A DNA stretch of 64,000 bases. Origin: an uncultured Methanosarcinaceae archaeon. Lineage in GTDB: Archaea; Halobacteriota; Methanosarcinia; Methanosarcinales; Methanosarcinaceae. Both the position numbers and the translations under genes were made by a program. The stretch covers positions 32,001 to 96,000 of the forward strand of contig CAVRJG010000041.1 in the NCBI GenBank assembly GCA_963721455.1, given 5' to 3'. Under the pieces are notes generated by a model that saw only the letters and a list, made by a program, of their open reading frames with translations, had not been told where the DNA came from and did not search any database. Numbering within the stretch: position 1 is the stretch's first letter; each line of letters begins with the position of its first letter. Shown in pieces: positions 55,046 to 64,000 of this stretch.

Positions 55046-55603
55046 TTGGTGAAAGCTTTGATCAGGACTTTTATAGCATTGGAGTTAGACCCCGGTTTTA
55101 CGGAGAAAATCCGGGAGCTTCAGGACAGATTCTCTGATTTTGATTTGAAATTTGTTGACCCTGGACTCGTTCACATAACTTTGAAGTTTCTGGGGGATGT
55201 GGACGAATCAATGATTCCATCGCTTTCCTCAGCTCTCGATTCCATTACATGCGAGCCTTTCGAAGCGAGAGTCGGGGGGCTTGGAGTTTTTCCCAAGCCT
55301 GCAAACCCTAAAGTCCTCTGGCTGGGCGCAGCCGGAAATTTCAGGGCGTTACATGACGATGTGGAGAATTTACTGAAACCTTTCAAGTTCGAAAAAGATA
55401 ACAGGGAATTTACAGCCCACGCTACTCTTGCCAGGGTAAAATTCCTCAACAAGGATAAGAAAAACGCTTTCATAAATACTGTGGGAGAGTTCAAAGATGT
55501 AGAAATCGGTAGTATGTGGGTAAATAGAGTGCTTTTAAAGAAAAGCACGCTGACCCCAGAAGGTCCCATCTATGAAACCCTGCATACGGTGTACATGGAT
55601 TAA
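55046..55603 (+). CDS. thpR: RNA 2',3'-cyclic phosphodiesterase (2H family)
   Basis: RTFIA, HITLKFLG, HATLAR, STLTPEGPIY. Confidence 0.93.
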   Translation: MVKALIRTFIALELDPGFTEKIRELQDRFSDFDLKFVDPGLVHITLKFLGDVDESMIPSLSSALDSITCEPFEARVGGLGVFPKPANPKVLWLGAAGNFRALHDDVENLLKPFKFEKDNREFTAHATLARVKFLNKDKKNAFINTVGEFKDVEIGSMWVNRVLLKKSTLTPEGPIYETLHTVYMD

Positions 55604-55678
55604 GCCTTTTATTTTTGGTTTCTTTATTTTTAGACTTATTTCCTGTTTTCAAATTAATTCTCCATGTTTCCAGACCGG

Positions 55679-56731
55679 TTATTCCTCTGGAACCGGTTCA
55701 TACAGTCTTCTCCTTTCCGGGGGCATGGATTTAAGGAACTCTTTTGCTTCTTCAGGAGATACGGCCCTGAGGGTTCCGTCGGGTTCCTGTATGACCACGC
55801 CGCTTTCTTTGAGTATCCTGTATCGGGCTTTTCGGACTTCTTTGTCAGGGTGGCAGACGAAGTGGCAGTTGGAACATGTATACTCCATTCTGGATCCGGG
55901 AATCAGGCATATAAAAAATCCGCCTTTGAACTTAGGTCTTCCGAGGTATGCCTGTATGGCAGCAGGGGTCGCAGCGAGGAAATCTTCGTCTTTTTCGGGA
56001 ATTTTAAAGCGCCCCGGAGACCAGGTGGACCACTTTCCGGAGGAGTTCAGGCCTGTAAGTCCGCCGCAGACAAGGAAGCAGCGGCTATTGCTTCTTCGCT
56101 TCCCGTAGCTAAACTCTTTTCCTCCAAGGGTTACAGTGACCTTCTCAACGGGGTCCACGTACCCGGAGGAACAGACTGAGAGGCAGATCTTACATTCGTC
56201 ACAGTAGTTTTCTTCTTCCGGCAGCGGGTCTGTTGGAGTCAGTTCCGCGTCCGTAACGACTGAGGCCAGGACGATCGCGGATCCGTATTCCTTTGTAATA
56301 ATGTTTCCTGAGTATCCTAAATGCCCTATCCCTGAGCGGACCGCAAGGTACCTGTGGGAAATAGGGGGGTGCATATCCAGCTGCCAGTTTTCCGTATCCA
56401 TCCGGTACACGAAATTTGCAGACTGAGGGACAGCTTTGTATCCATACTGCTGCAAGAACCCTGCCATTTCAAGAGCGATCCCGTTGGCAAGGGTGGTTGT
56501 CCGAACCTTATTCTTTTCGAGGGATTCATGGTCCTCTTTTTTAAAATACGGGTCGATAAGTTTCTGGTCAAAGGCAAGGGCAAAGCAGATAGCAGATTTT
56601 GCTTCTGGTAGCACATATGTCAGATCGGCAGAAGGAGGGCCACCTGCAAGGGTTTCAGTTGTTGCAATTCCCACTTTGAAAGCTCCGAGAGTCAGAGCCA
56701 TCTCTTTGAGTTCTTCTGTTAATTTGTCCAT
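55679..56731 (-). CDS. QueG/reductive-dehalogenase-like Fe-S protein
   Basis: ISHRYLAVRSGIG..G..IVLASVVTDAEL..CDECKICLSVC..CSNCHFVC. Confidence 0.8.
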   Translation of the reverse strand: MDKLTEELKEMALTLGAFKVGIATTETLAGGPPSADLTYVLPEAKSAICFALAFDQKLIDPYFKKEDHESLEKNKVRTTTLANGIALEMAGFLQQYGYKAVPQSANFVYRMDTENWQLDMHPPISHRYLAVRSGIGHLGYSGNIITKEYGSAIVLASVVTDAELTPTDPLPEEENYCDECKICLSVCSSGYVDPVEKVTVTLGGKEFSYGKRRSNSRCFLVCGGLTGLNSSGKWSTWSPGRFKIPEKDEDFLAATPAAIQAYLGRPKFKGGFFICLIPGSRMEYTCSNCHFVCHPDKEVRKARYRILKESGVVIQEPDGTLRAVSPEEAKEFLKSMPPERRRLYEPVPEE

Positions 56732-57168
56732 CTTCTATTTCCTCAAACACACTATGTAGAGTAATTAATATATACTTAATGGGCATTCAAATATACTAAT
56801 TCGCTGAAGGTATAGTCGGATAACCTTTCATGTATCAATTTCCATACGGTTTTCTAATTAGAAGTGCGGGAGCAGAAAGGTGTGAAAATGGATCAGAAAG
56901 GTGTAGAAATAATAGTAAGAAGAGTAGGACGAGTAAAGTAAATCCGCTTGAGTGAGCAAAGTAAGTGGACGACGATCACGATTATTTGCCGGCTTTTAAA
57001 TCATAATATCTATAATTTTTAAGCTATGTTATTTTTTTATGCTTTGCTTTCTATTTACGTCCAGATAAAGGCTGTAATTTCTCAGAATCCCTGTTCTTCG
57101 GAATGAGGTCGACATGCAGCAAAAATCGCAAACATTCGAAAGTTTAAATATTATCTTCTCTAATTAGG

Positions 57169-58185
57169 GTGCAAGCATTAATGGAGGACTATACGATTAA
57201 AGAAGAGATCTGGATCGAAAAATACAGGCCTGTCCGGCTGGCTCAGGTAGCAGGGCAGGATGAAGTCATCGAACGCCTGAAGTCCTACGTTGCAACGAAA
57301 AACCTCCCCCATCTCCTTTTTTCCGGGCCTCCGGGTGTCGGGAAAACGGCCTCTGCAGTTTCGATTGCAAGGGAGATTTTCGGGGAAGACCTCTGGCGTG
57401 AAAATTTTACCGAACTCAATGCATCGGATGAGAGAGGTATCGATATTGTCCGGACAAAAATTAAAAACTTCGCAAAAACTGCCCCTCTAGGAGGAGCCGG
57501 ATTCAAGATTATTTTCCTGGATGAAGCCGATGCACTGACCCCGGATGCTCAATCCGCACTCAGGCGGACTATGGAACGCTTCAGCAGCAACTGCCGTTTT
57601 ATTCTGTCCTGCAATTATTCTTCCAAGATTATCGAGCCAATCCAGTCCCGCTGTGCGGTCTACAGGTTCAGGCGCCTTTCCGATGAGTCTATCAAAAAAC
57701 GCCTTGAATACATAGCTAAAGATCAGGTTTTATCCATCACTGAAGATGGGTATGAAGCTCTTATTTACGTAGCCCAGGGAGATATGAGGAAAGCCGTGAA
57801 TTCTCTTCAGGCTGCTGCTTTCATAGACCCGGAAAAACCTATATCCAGGGAAACCATTTACAGGACTACTTCAACTGCAAACCCTGATGACATCATAAAC
57901 CTGGTAGAAACTGCCCTGCTTGGAAACTTCAGGGCTGCCAGAAAGGAACTTAACAGGCTGCTCTATGAAGAGGGGCTCTCCGGCGAGGATATAATCGGTC
58001 AGATTTACAGGGTGATATCCAATATGGACAACCGAATGGTTCTGGACCTCGGGCTTTCTGAAAAGCGCATCGTCGAACTCGTAGATATAATCGGGGAGAT
58101 CGATTTCAGGCTTACTGAAGGAGCCAGTGAAAAGATTCAGCTCGAAGCCTTACTCGCGCATTTTGCACTTTCTAACGCAGATTAA
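57169..58185 (+). CDS. rfcS: replication factor C small subunit
   Basis: WIEKYRP, GPPGVGKT, ELNASDERG, LDEAD, IQSRC; no intein. Confidence 0.97.
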   Translation: MQALMEDYTIKEEIWIEKYRPVRLAQVAGQDEVIERLKSYVATKNLPHLLFSGPPGVGKTASAVSIAREIFGEDLWRENFTELNASDERGIDIVRTKIKNFAKTAPLGGAGFKIIFLDEADALTPDAQSALRRTMERFSSNCRFILSCNYSSKIIEPIQSRCAVYRFRRLSDESIKKRLEYIAKDQVLSITEDGYEALIYVAQGDMRKAVNSLQAAAFIDPEKPISRETIYRTTSTANPDDIINLVETALLGNFRAARKELNRLLYEEGLSGEDIIGQIYRVISNMDNRMVLDLGLSEKRIVELVDIIGEIDFRLTEGASEKIQLEALLAHFALSNAD

Positions 58186-58383
58186 GTTCGAGTGAATCTT
58201 AAGGTTCAAATGAATCCAGAATGAATCTCTACACGCCAGGTCTCTGAAGAAAGGTTGAAAGGGCTTGAACTGGCCTCTTTCTTAAAACAAGAATATCTTA
58301 AGACAAGAGTACCTTAAGACAAGAGTATCTTAACAAGAATATCTTTAAACAATAATATACGGAATTAATAAATCCTGATTACC

Positions 58384-58896
58384 ATGTCTGTTGAAACAGC
58401 ACTAGTAGAAATGTTGGGGTCTGTTCCCCAGTGGTTTGCAGTCCTTATTCTGGGGGCCCTTCCCGTCTCCGAACTGAGAGGGGCAATCCCTGTTGCCATG
58501 GGCATCTATGGAATGGGGCCTTTCGAGGCCTTTTTCCTCTCAGTGCTTGGAAACCTTCTCCCTGTGATTCCCCTTCTGCTCTTCCTTGAACCGGTCTCGG
58601 ATTATCTCAGACGCTACCGGATCTTTGATACCTTTTTCACCTGGCTCTTTTCAAGGACCCGCCAAAACAATACCGAAAGTTTTGAAAAATATGGACTTCT
58701 TGCTCTGGCGATCTTCGTAGCTATACCCCTGCCGGCTACAGGGGCCTGGTCAGGTTGCGCAGCGGCATTTGTGTTCGGGGTAAAGTTCAAGCACTCGTTT
58801 CCTGCGATTGTTGCAGGCGTTATGCTGGCAGGAATTATAGTAACTGTCCTTACTGTTACAGGTATAGGTCTCGCTGATCTGATTTTCGGAGTTTAA
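58384..58896 (+). CDS. small multidrug-export-type membrane protein (COG2426)
   Basis: PVSELRGAIP, GNLLPV, FVAIPLPATGAWSG. Confidence 0.88.
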   Translation: MSVETALVEMLGSVPQWFAVLILGALPVSELRGAIPVAMGIYGMGPFEAFFLSVLGNLLPVIPLLLFLEPVSDYLRRYRIFDTFFTWLFSRTRQNNTESFEKYGLLALAIFVAIPLPATGAWSGCAAAFVFGVKFKHSFPAIVAGVMLAGIIVTVLTVTGIGLADLIFGV

Positions 58897-59079
58897 CTTC
58901 CATGTGAGGTTCTTCGAAATCTTCATATATTTTAAAAATATCAAATATATCATTGACAGAACAAATATAAATTTATTATAAATTTATTATTATACTTTCA
59001 GCCAGCTCCTGCTTTTACAGCTTCTTGCGGTTTATTCCCGTTGTCTGGCAGTTCTCTGGAATTTTTGAGGTGACTTTTA

Positions 59080-59343
59080 ATGGCAAAGGCAGATAAGAAA
59101 AACAAAAAAATAGTCCAGTCCAAAAAATGTGTCGGGTGCGGAATCTGTTATTCCGTTTGCCCGGTGAATGCAAAACTGATGAAGAGTGATGATTTTGATC
59201 CCGGTACCGCTGAACTGGCAATTCGGGTCGTAGACGGAGCGGCAATTATCAGTGACGAAGCCTGCATCCGCTGCGGAGCCTGCTCAAAGATTTGCCCTGT
59301 GGAATCCCTCACCGTAGTGGAGCTGGAATCCGCAACTGCATAA
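59080..59343 (+). CDS. 2[4Fe-4S] ferredoxin
   Basis: CVGCGICYSVCP and CIRCGACSKICP; GAGGTGA RBS. Confidence 0.92.
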   Translation: MAKADKKNKKIVQSKKCVGCGICYSVCPVNAKLMKSDDFDPGTAELAIRVVDGAAIISDEACIRCGACSKICPVESLTVVELESATA

Positions 59344-59456
59344 CCAAATATTAAAGTAAAAATAGGAAAATGCTGTTTCTCAGCATTTTATTTTTATTCT
59401 ATCCCTTAAAGCAGATATCACTGGCAAATAGCTTTTCAGGGGTGTCCTGTCTTAAA

Positions 59457-59666
59457 TTACAGCATCTCTTTTGCTAATTTTATATCTTCAGCTTTTACGG
59501 TTTTTCTACCTGCGTGCTCTGCAAGTTTTATTGCTTCTCTTGAAATCTCAAGTCCGTATTCTTCCAGAATTTCCGTAAGGGCCATTCCTGCACTTTCGCT
59601 TACTCTATGAGCACCTGCGGTTCTTATTAAACGCTCAATTGGTGCGAATGGTATCACTTTTGCCAT
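59457..59666 (-). CDS. archaeal histone
   Basis: PFAPIERLIR.AGAHRVSE..AEHAGRKTVKAEDI; GGAGG RBS. Confidence 0.96.
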   Translation of the reverse strand: MAKVIPFAPIERLIRTAGAHRVSESAGMALTEILEEYGLEISREAIKLAEHAGRKTVKAEDIKLAKEML

Positions 59667-59809
59667 ATTATCCTCCAATCTTCTTTTGTTGTTAATATGT
59701 ATTCCTTCTAATCCCTGATTTTGTAATTAGATTCTATAAATACCTTTGCTTATATTGGGGCCTTTTACTTCTTATTCAGCTTTTAATGCCTTTTTGCTCC
59801 TCTATTTAC

Positions 59810-59988
59810 TTCCCGAATTGCGGCTCTGCGGTACGCTGTCCTTCCCGAGTTTCGCTTCGGGATCACGAATGTCGTTTCCGGAGTTGCGCTTCACAGCACG
59901 ATGTCCTTTTCGCTTCGCTCAAGAGGACTGATTTATTATGTTCAGTTTTTCCTCCCGATTTTCGCTTCGCTCAAGATGACTAATTTTT
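59810..59988 (+). repeat. cluster of dispersed GC-rich repeat units
   Basis: Three CCCGAxTT.CGCTTC-type units and two TTTCGCTTCGCTCAAGA(G/T)GACT(G/A)ATTT ends. Confidence 0.75.
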
Positions 59989-60180
59989 CAAGGTTACAAT
60001 CTTACAAAATTACAATTCTTTTCCTGTTTTCCGTATTTTCCTTATTTTTCGGTGGTTATGGAGTTTTGAGTGAGTTTTTCCGGCTGGTTCTTGCTTTCCA
60101 AGGTTACGGAATCTGGGATGAGCTAAGTGTAAATCTCTTTTTCGAAATCTTGATATTAGATTATCCGGATCTAAACAAAT

Positions 60181-61137
60181 ATGCTTTTACAGGAACTCCT
60201 TGGCATCGATGAAGAGGTCTATTTTGTGGAAGAGAGTTATCTCTCCCAGAGAACCATTGAGCGTACGCTTCAGTATCTCAATGGAATCCGGAACTTTGCG
60301 GAGGAACGGCGGATGAGGCTCGTGAGGGTTCGGGAAGGGGGGCACACTCTCGGGCTGCTGCTCTTTAATCCGGCAGATGAGGACGTCCCTGTTGATTTCT
60401 GGTCGGTTTTTACGGGGTCACTTGCAGTATCTCCTTTGAAAAGGGAGTTTGAAGCTCTTGCAGATTCGCTTCTTACCTCTAATCTACCTGAAAAAGATAT
60501 TGAGATTTCTTCCGAAAGCTGGCGGGATGCCGTGAATGAGTATTACTCCCTAATGCTTGTAAACCGGAACCTCTGTCCTGGTTGTGCTGTCAGGCCCGAG
60601 TCTTACCGGCGCGTCTTTTCTGAAAACCGTGTTCGGAGAGTCGCAGAAATCTTTGATATTCTTCAAAAAAAGGGATTTTATCCCGAAGGCAGGCTTCTTG
60701 AAGTCTGCTGTGGGAACGGGATGTCCACGCTTGCTCTCTACAGGCTTGGACTGGACCCGCTGGCTGTAGAAATCAGCAAATGTGCAGTCTGCCAGGGCCT
60801 TGAACAGGGAGTACTGAACCCTCAAAGAGCCATGGTAATGGATGCAACTGTTCTTTCCAGGTATTTCGAGCCAGGAAGCTTTGATGCCGTAATGGGGTTT
60901 ATGCTTGGGCTTGTCTATGAATTTAACAAAGAACTCTGGACAGGCATTATCAGAGAGGCGGTCTCGGTTGCCAGCGAAGGCGCTCTCTTGCTCTTCACAG
61001 TTAGCAGCAAACCCGAGATTGAAATTCTCGCCAGGGCTCTGCTCAGGGCAGGAGTAAAAGGTGAGATTGTGGACAATACGGACTCTGAGGGGACATACGA
61101 TCAATGGTTCTTCGTAGGAAGAAAACAAAGCACTTAA
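60181..61137 (+). CDS. class I SAM-dependent methyltransferase
   Basis: LLEVCCGNG motif I, MDAT, FDAV. Confidence 0.8.
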   Translation: MLLQELLGIDEEVYFVEESYLSQRTIERTLQYLNGIRNFAEERRMRLVRVREGGHTLGLLLFNPADEDVPVDFWSVFTGSLAVSPLKREFEALADSLLTSNLPEKDIEISSESWRDAVNEYYSLMLVNRNLCPGCAVRPESYRRVFSENRVRRVAEIFDILQKKGFYPEGRLLEVCCGNGMSTLALYRLGLDPLAVEISKCAVCQGLEQGVLNPQRAMVMDATVLSRYFEPGSFDAVMGFMLGLVYEFNKELWTGIIREAVSVASEGALLLFTVSSKPEIEILARALLRAGVKGEIVDNTDSEGTYDQWFFVGRKQST

Positions 61138-61183
61138 TTTGCAGGTTGTGGTGGATTTCAGGAGATCTGTTTCTTTGCCTCAA

Positions 61184-61236
61184 GTAAACTACCCCCAGGC
61201 TAAAGACCCATGAGCTTCCTGATTCATAGACTACTG
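61184..61236 (+). mobile_element. IS200/IS605-family end remnant
   Basis: GTAAACTACCCCCAGGCTAAAGACCCATGAGCTTCCTGATTCAT resembles IS605/IscB-type ends (AACTACCCC..CTAAAG..GCTT); no transposase. Confidence 0.45.
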
Positions 61237-61905
61237 CATCGATTCCTAAGCAGGTTCACAAAAGTTGATTTTTGAACCTATTTGCCGATCACTAATTTCC
61301 CACTAAATCAGGAATTTATTTTGGAATCGAAGCTCCAGGGGTTTTACACTTCTCCTTATAAATATATCTTTTAATTTCAATTTTTAGATGATTTTTTCTG
61401 ATTTTATGCTTTAATATTTTATACTTTAAAGTCCATTTTGAATATGCTGTTTTGTTTTTCCAGAGATCAAAGAGTTCTCTTCTTACAGATTTTGACGATT
61501 TTCCAATCCGAGAACTTTTCCCTGAAAATCATGTTTATTTAATGTTAACAGCCGAAAAGTATATACTTGTTAACAATGGTATATTAAAGAATTCATGCCA
61601 ACGCGATATTTATCGAGTATTGCGTTTTAGTCTGTAAAATTGATTTTCTCCTGCTTGCTTTCCGGGATTCGGTTAAATCTAACCGAAAAACCCTTTCTCC
61701 GGCAAAATCGAAGGAAATTGCATAGAAATTGCATAGAAATTGCAAGCAGTGGATTTATACACTTTACTCAAACCGGATCAAGATTTCAACCCGGATAGTT
61801 TCGGAAATATCAAAAGAAATCCACCGGGAAAAAGTTATTCCCGAAAAGTATGCTATCAGGATAAGTAAAACAAGTTATTTTGATTCGATTTCAAGAGGTT
61901 CATCC

Positions 61906-63627
61906 ATGAGTGTAAAAATTACCGAAACCGTCCTCCGGGATGCGCACCAGTCTCTCCTGGCAACCAGAATGCGGACAAGAGACATGCTCGAAGTGGTTGA
62001 ACAATTGGACCAGATCGGGTATTTCTCCCTTGAAATGTGGGGAGGCGCTACCTTTGACAGCTGTATCCGCTACCTGAATGAAGACCCCTGGCAGCGCCTG
62101 AGGGACATCAAGAAAAAGATGGATAATACCTGTGCTCAGATGCTACTAAGGGGCCAGAACCTTGTAGGGTACAGGCACTATTCGGATGACGTGGTCGAGA
62201 AATTCGTTACTAAGTCCTACCAAAACGGAATTGATGTTTTCCGGGTCTTCGATGCTGTCAACGATATACGGAACATGGAAATGTCAATTAAAGTGGCAAA
62301 CAGGCTTGGTGCTCATGTACAGGGTACGGTTTGTTACACCATAAGTCCGGTGCACACAGTTGAAAAATACGTGGAACTTGCAAAACAGCTTGAAGAGCTT
62401 GAGTGCGATTCCATTTGCATCAAAGATATGGCAGGTCTTCTCTCACCTCACGAAGCCATCGAGATAATCAGTGCCATAAAGAAAGAACTCTCCATTCCGA
62501 TTTCCCTGCACTGCCACTGCACCTCTGGAATGGCCCCTATGAGCTATATGGCAGCCTGTGGGGCAGGAGTGGATATTCTGGATACGGCACTTTCTCCCCT
62601 TGCCTGGGGAACTTCTCAGCCTCCGACTGAAACCGTTATAGCAGCCCTAAAAGGCACTCCTTACGACACCGGTCTGGATCTTGGAGCTTTTGAAGAGGTT
62701 GTTGCATATTTTAAGGGTTTAAAAGAGAAATACAGGGGAATTCTTGACCCTATTTCCGAACAGATCGATACTAATGTTCTTATCTACCAGATTCCTGGCG
62801 GAATGCTCTCAAACCTGGTTTCTCAGTTAAAGGAGCAGAATGCTCTTGACAAGTACGCCGCCGTTCTTAATGAAATGCCCAGGGTTAGAGAAGAACTCGG
62901 ATATCCACCTCTTGTTACCCCTACGAGTCAAATAGTCGGTACTCAGGCAGTGCTTAATGTACTCATGGGCGAACGCTACAAGGTTATTCCAAAAGAAGTG
63001 AAAGACTACGTTCGCGGGCTTTACGGGCGATCACCTGCTCCTATTAGCCCGGAAATAGTAGGCAAGATAATCGGAGACGAGGAACCCATTCACTGTCGGC
63101 CTGCAGACCTCCTTAAGCCTGAATACGAGAAGAGGAAAAAAGAAGCAGAGCAAATGGGCATTGCAAAGTCCGAAGAAGACATACTTACCTACATTCTCTA
63201 CCCAGCTATCGCCCCCAAGTTCCTCAAAGGAGAAATGGAAGAAGAAGCTCTCGCAGCAGTTGCTCCCTCACCTGCAGTCCAGCAGGGGTATACAGTCCCA
63301 ACCCATTTCAGGGTCGAGGTGGACGATGAGGTTTATGAGGTCAAGATCGAGCCTATAGGCGGTGGAGTTTCCATATCCGAAGCTTCCCAAAGAAAGCCGA
63401 GTGTCGAGGCCGTTAAAGGAGGTGTTAGCAGCTCAATGCAGGGTATGGTTCTTTCTCTTAAGGTCAAGGTTGAAGACATAGTGGCAGAAGGAGATACAGT
63501 CGCTGTCATCGAAGCTATGAAGATGGAAAACTCTGTCCATGCTCCCCATTCAGGTATCGTAAAAGAGATTTTTGTTTCCGAAGGGGATACAGTATCTCCC
63601 GGTGACATAATACTGTCAATTGAGTAA
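61906..63627 (+). CDS. pycB: pyruvate carboxylase subunit B (carboxyltransferase + biotin carrier)
   Basis: [38 protein letters not shown]. Confidence 0.96.
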   Translation: MSVKITETVLRDAHQSLLATRMRTRDMLEVVEQLDQIGYFSLEMWGGATFDSCIRYLNEDPWQRLRDIKKKMDNTCAQMLLRGQNLVGYRHYSDDVVEKFVTKSYQNGIDVFRVFDAVNDIRNMEMSIKVANRLGAHVQGTVCYTISPVHTVEKYVELAKQLEELECDSICIKDMAGLLSPHEAIEIISAIKKELSIPISLHCHCTSGMAPMSYMAACGAGVDILDTALSPLAWGTSQPPTETVIAALKGTPYDTGLDLGAFEEVVAYFKGLKEKYRGILDPISEQIDTNVLIYQIPGGMLSNLVSQLKEQNALDKYAAVLNEMPRVREELGYPPLVTPTSQIVGTQAVLNVLMGERYKVIPKEVKDYVRGLYGRSPAPISPEIVGKIIGDEEPIHCRPADLLKPEYEKRKKEAEQMGIAKSEEDILTYILYPAIAPKFLKGEMEEEALAAVAPSPAVQQGYTVPTHFRVEVDDEVYEVKIEPIGGGVSISEASQRKPSVEAVKGGVSSSMQGMVLSLKVKVEDIVAEGDTVAVIEAMKMENSVHAPHSGIVKEIFVSEGDTVSPGDIILSIE

Positions 63628-63649
63628 ATGTAACGAGGTGGAAGGTATC

Positions 63650-64000
63650 ATGTTCAAAAAAGTACTCATTGCAAACCGCGGTGAGATTGCGATCAGGGTT
63701 ATGCGTGCCTGCCGGGAGCTTGGGATTTCCACTGTGGCTGTCTGTTCGGAAGCCGACAAAAATGCCCTCTTTGCCAAATATGCAGACGAGGCCTACCTTA
63801 TAGGCCCGGCTCCTTCCAGCCAGAGCTACCTCAATATGGAAGCTATCCTTACAGTTGCAAAAAGTACCGGGTCCGATGCAATCCATCCGGGATACGGCTT
63901 TCTTTCCGAAAACCCTGTCTTTGCAAAACGCTGTGAAGAAGAAGGGATTGTATTCATCGGCCCACCCAGCCATGTTATTGCCGAGATGGGAAGCAAGATC
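63650..64000 (+). CDS. pycA: pyruvate carboxylase subunit A (biotin carboxylase), runs off the window
   Basis: [36 protein letters not shown]; GAGGTG RBS. Confidence 0.95.
   Translation, partial: MFKKVLIANRGEIAIRVMRACRELGISTVAVCSEADKNALFAKYADEAYLIGPAPSSQSYLNMEAILTVAKSTGSDAIHPGYGFLSENPVFAKRCEEEGIVFIGPPSHVIAEMGSKI

Overview
Methanosarcina-type archaeal chromosome segment. The assignment rests on bacterial-type groES/groEL alongside an archaeal histone, aIF2alpha, priS, an intron-containing tRNA-Trp and YVTN/PKD surface genes. Bases 1 to about 16,190 form an AT-rich accessory island cut into modules by five direct-repeat copies of the 3' half of a tRNA-Val gene. Four of these copies are followed by the same eroded, convergent coding tail, probably from an integrase, so the island looks like a stacked array of tRNA-integrated cassettes. 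Cargo includes an Abi-like fragment, a putative toxin-antitoxin pair, a ComEC-like MBL/DUF3006 pair, decayed surface proteins, an acetyltransferase and a complete IS1 nested in a MITE. The 16-41 kb stretch holds mixed metabolic, regulatory and surface genes, plus a ~300-bp direct repeat carrying paired TATTACG-N4-CGTAATA palindromes. The 41-64 kb stretch is core: tRNA-Trp, tRNA-Ser, endoQ-PAC2-nop10-aIF2a-rps27e-rpl44e, GINS-priS, rqc2-pelota, dacZ, thpR, rfcS, histone and pycB-pycA. It is interrupted by an FGE-sulfatase/C-type-lectin gene whose 3' end looks like a DGR variable repeat, with no RT or template in the window. All family calls are by eye from motifs; no database search was run.
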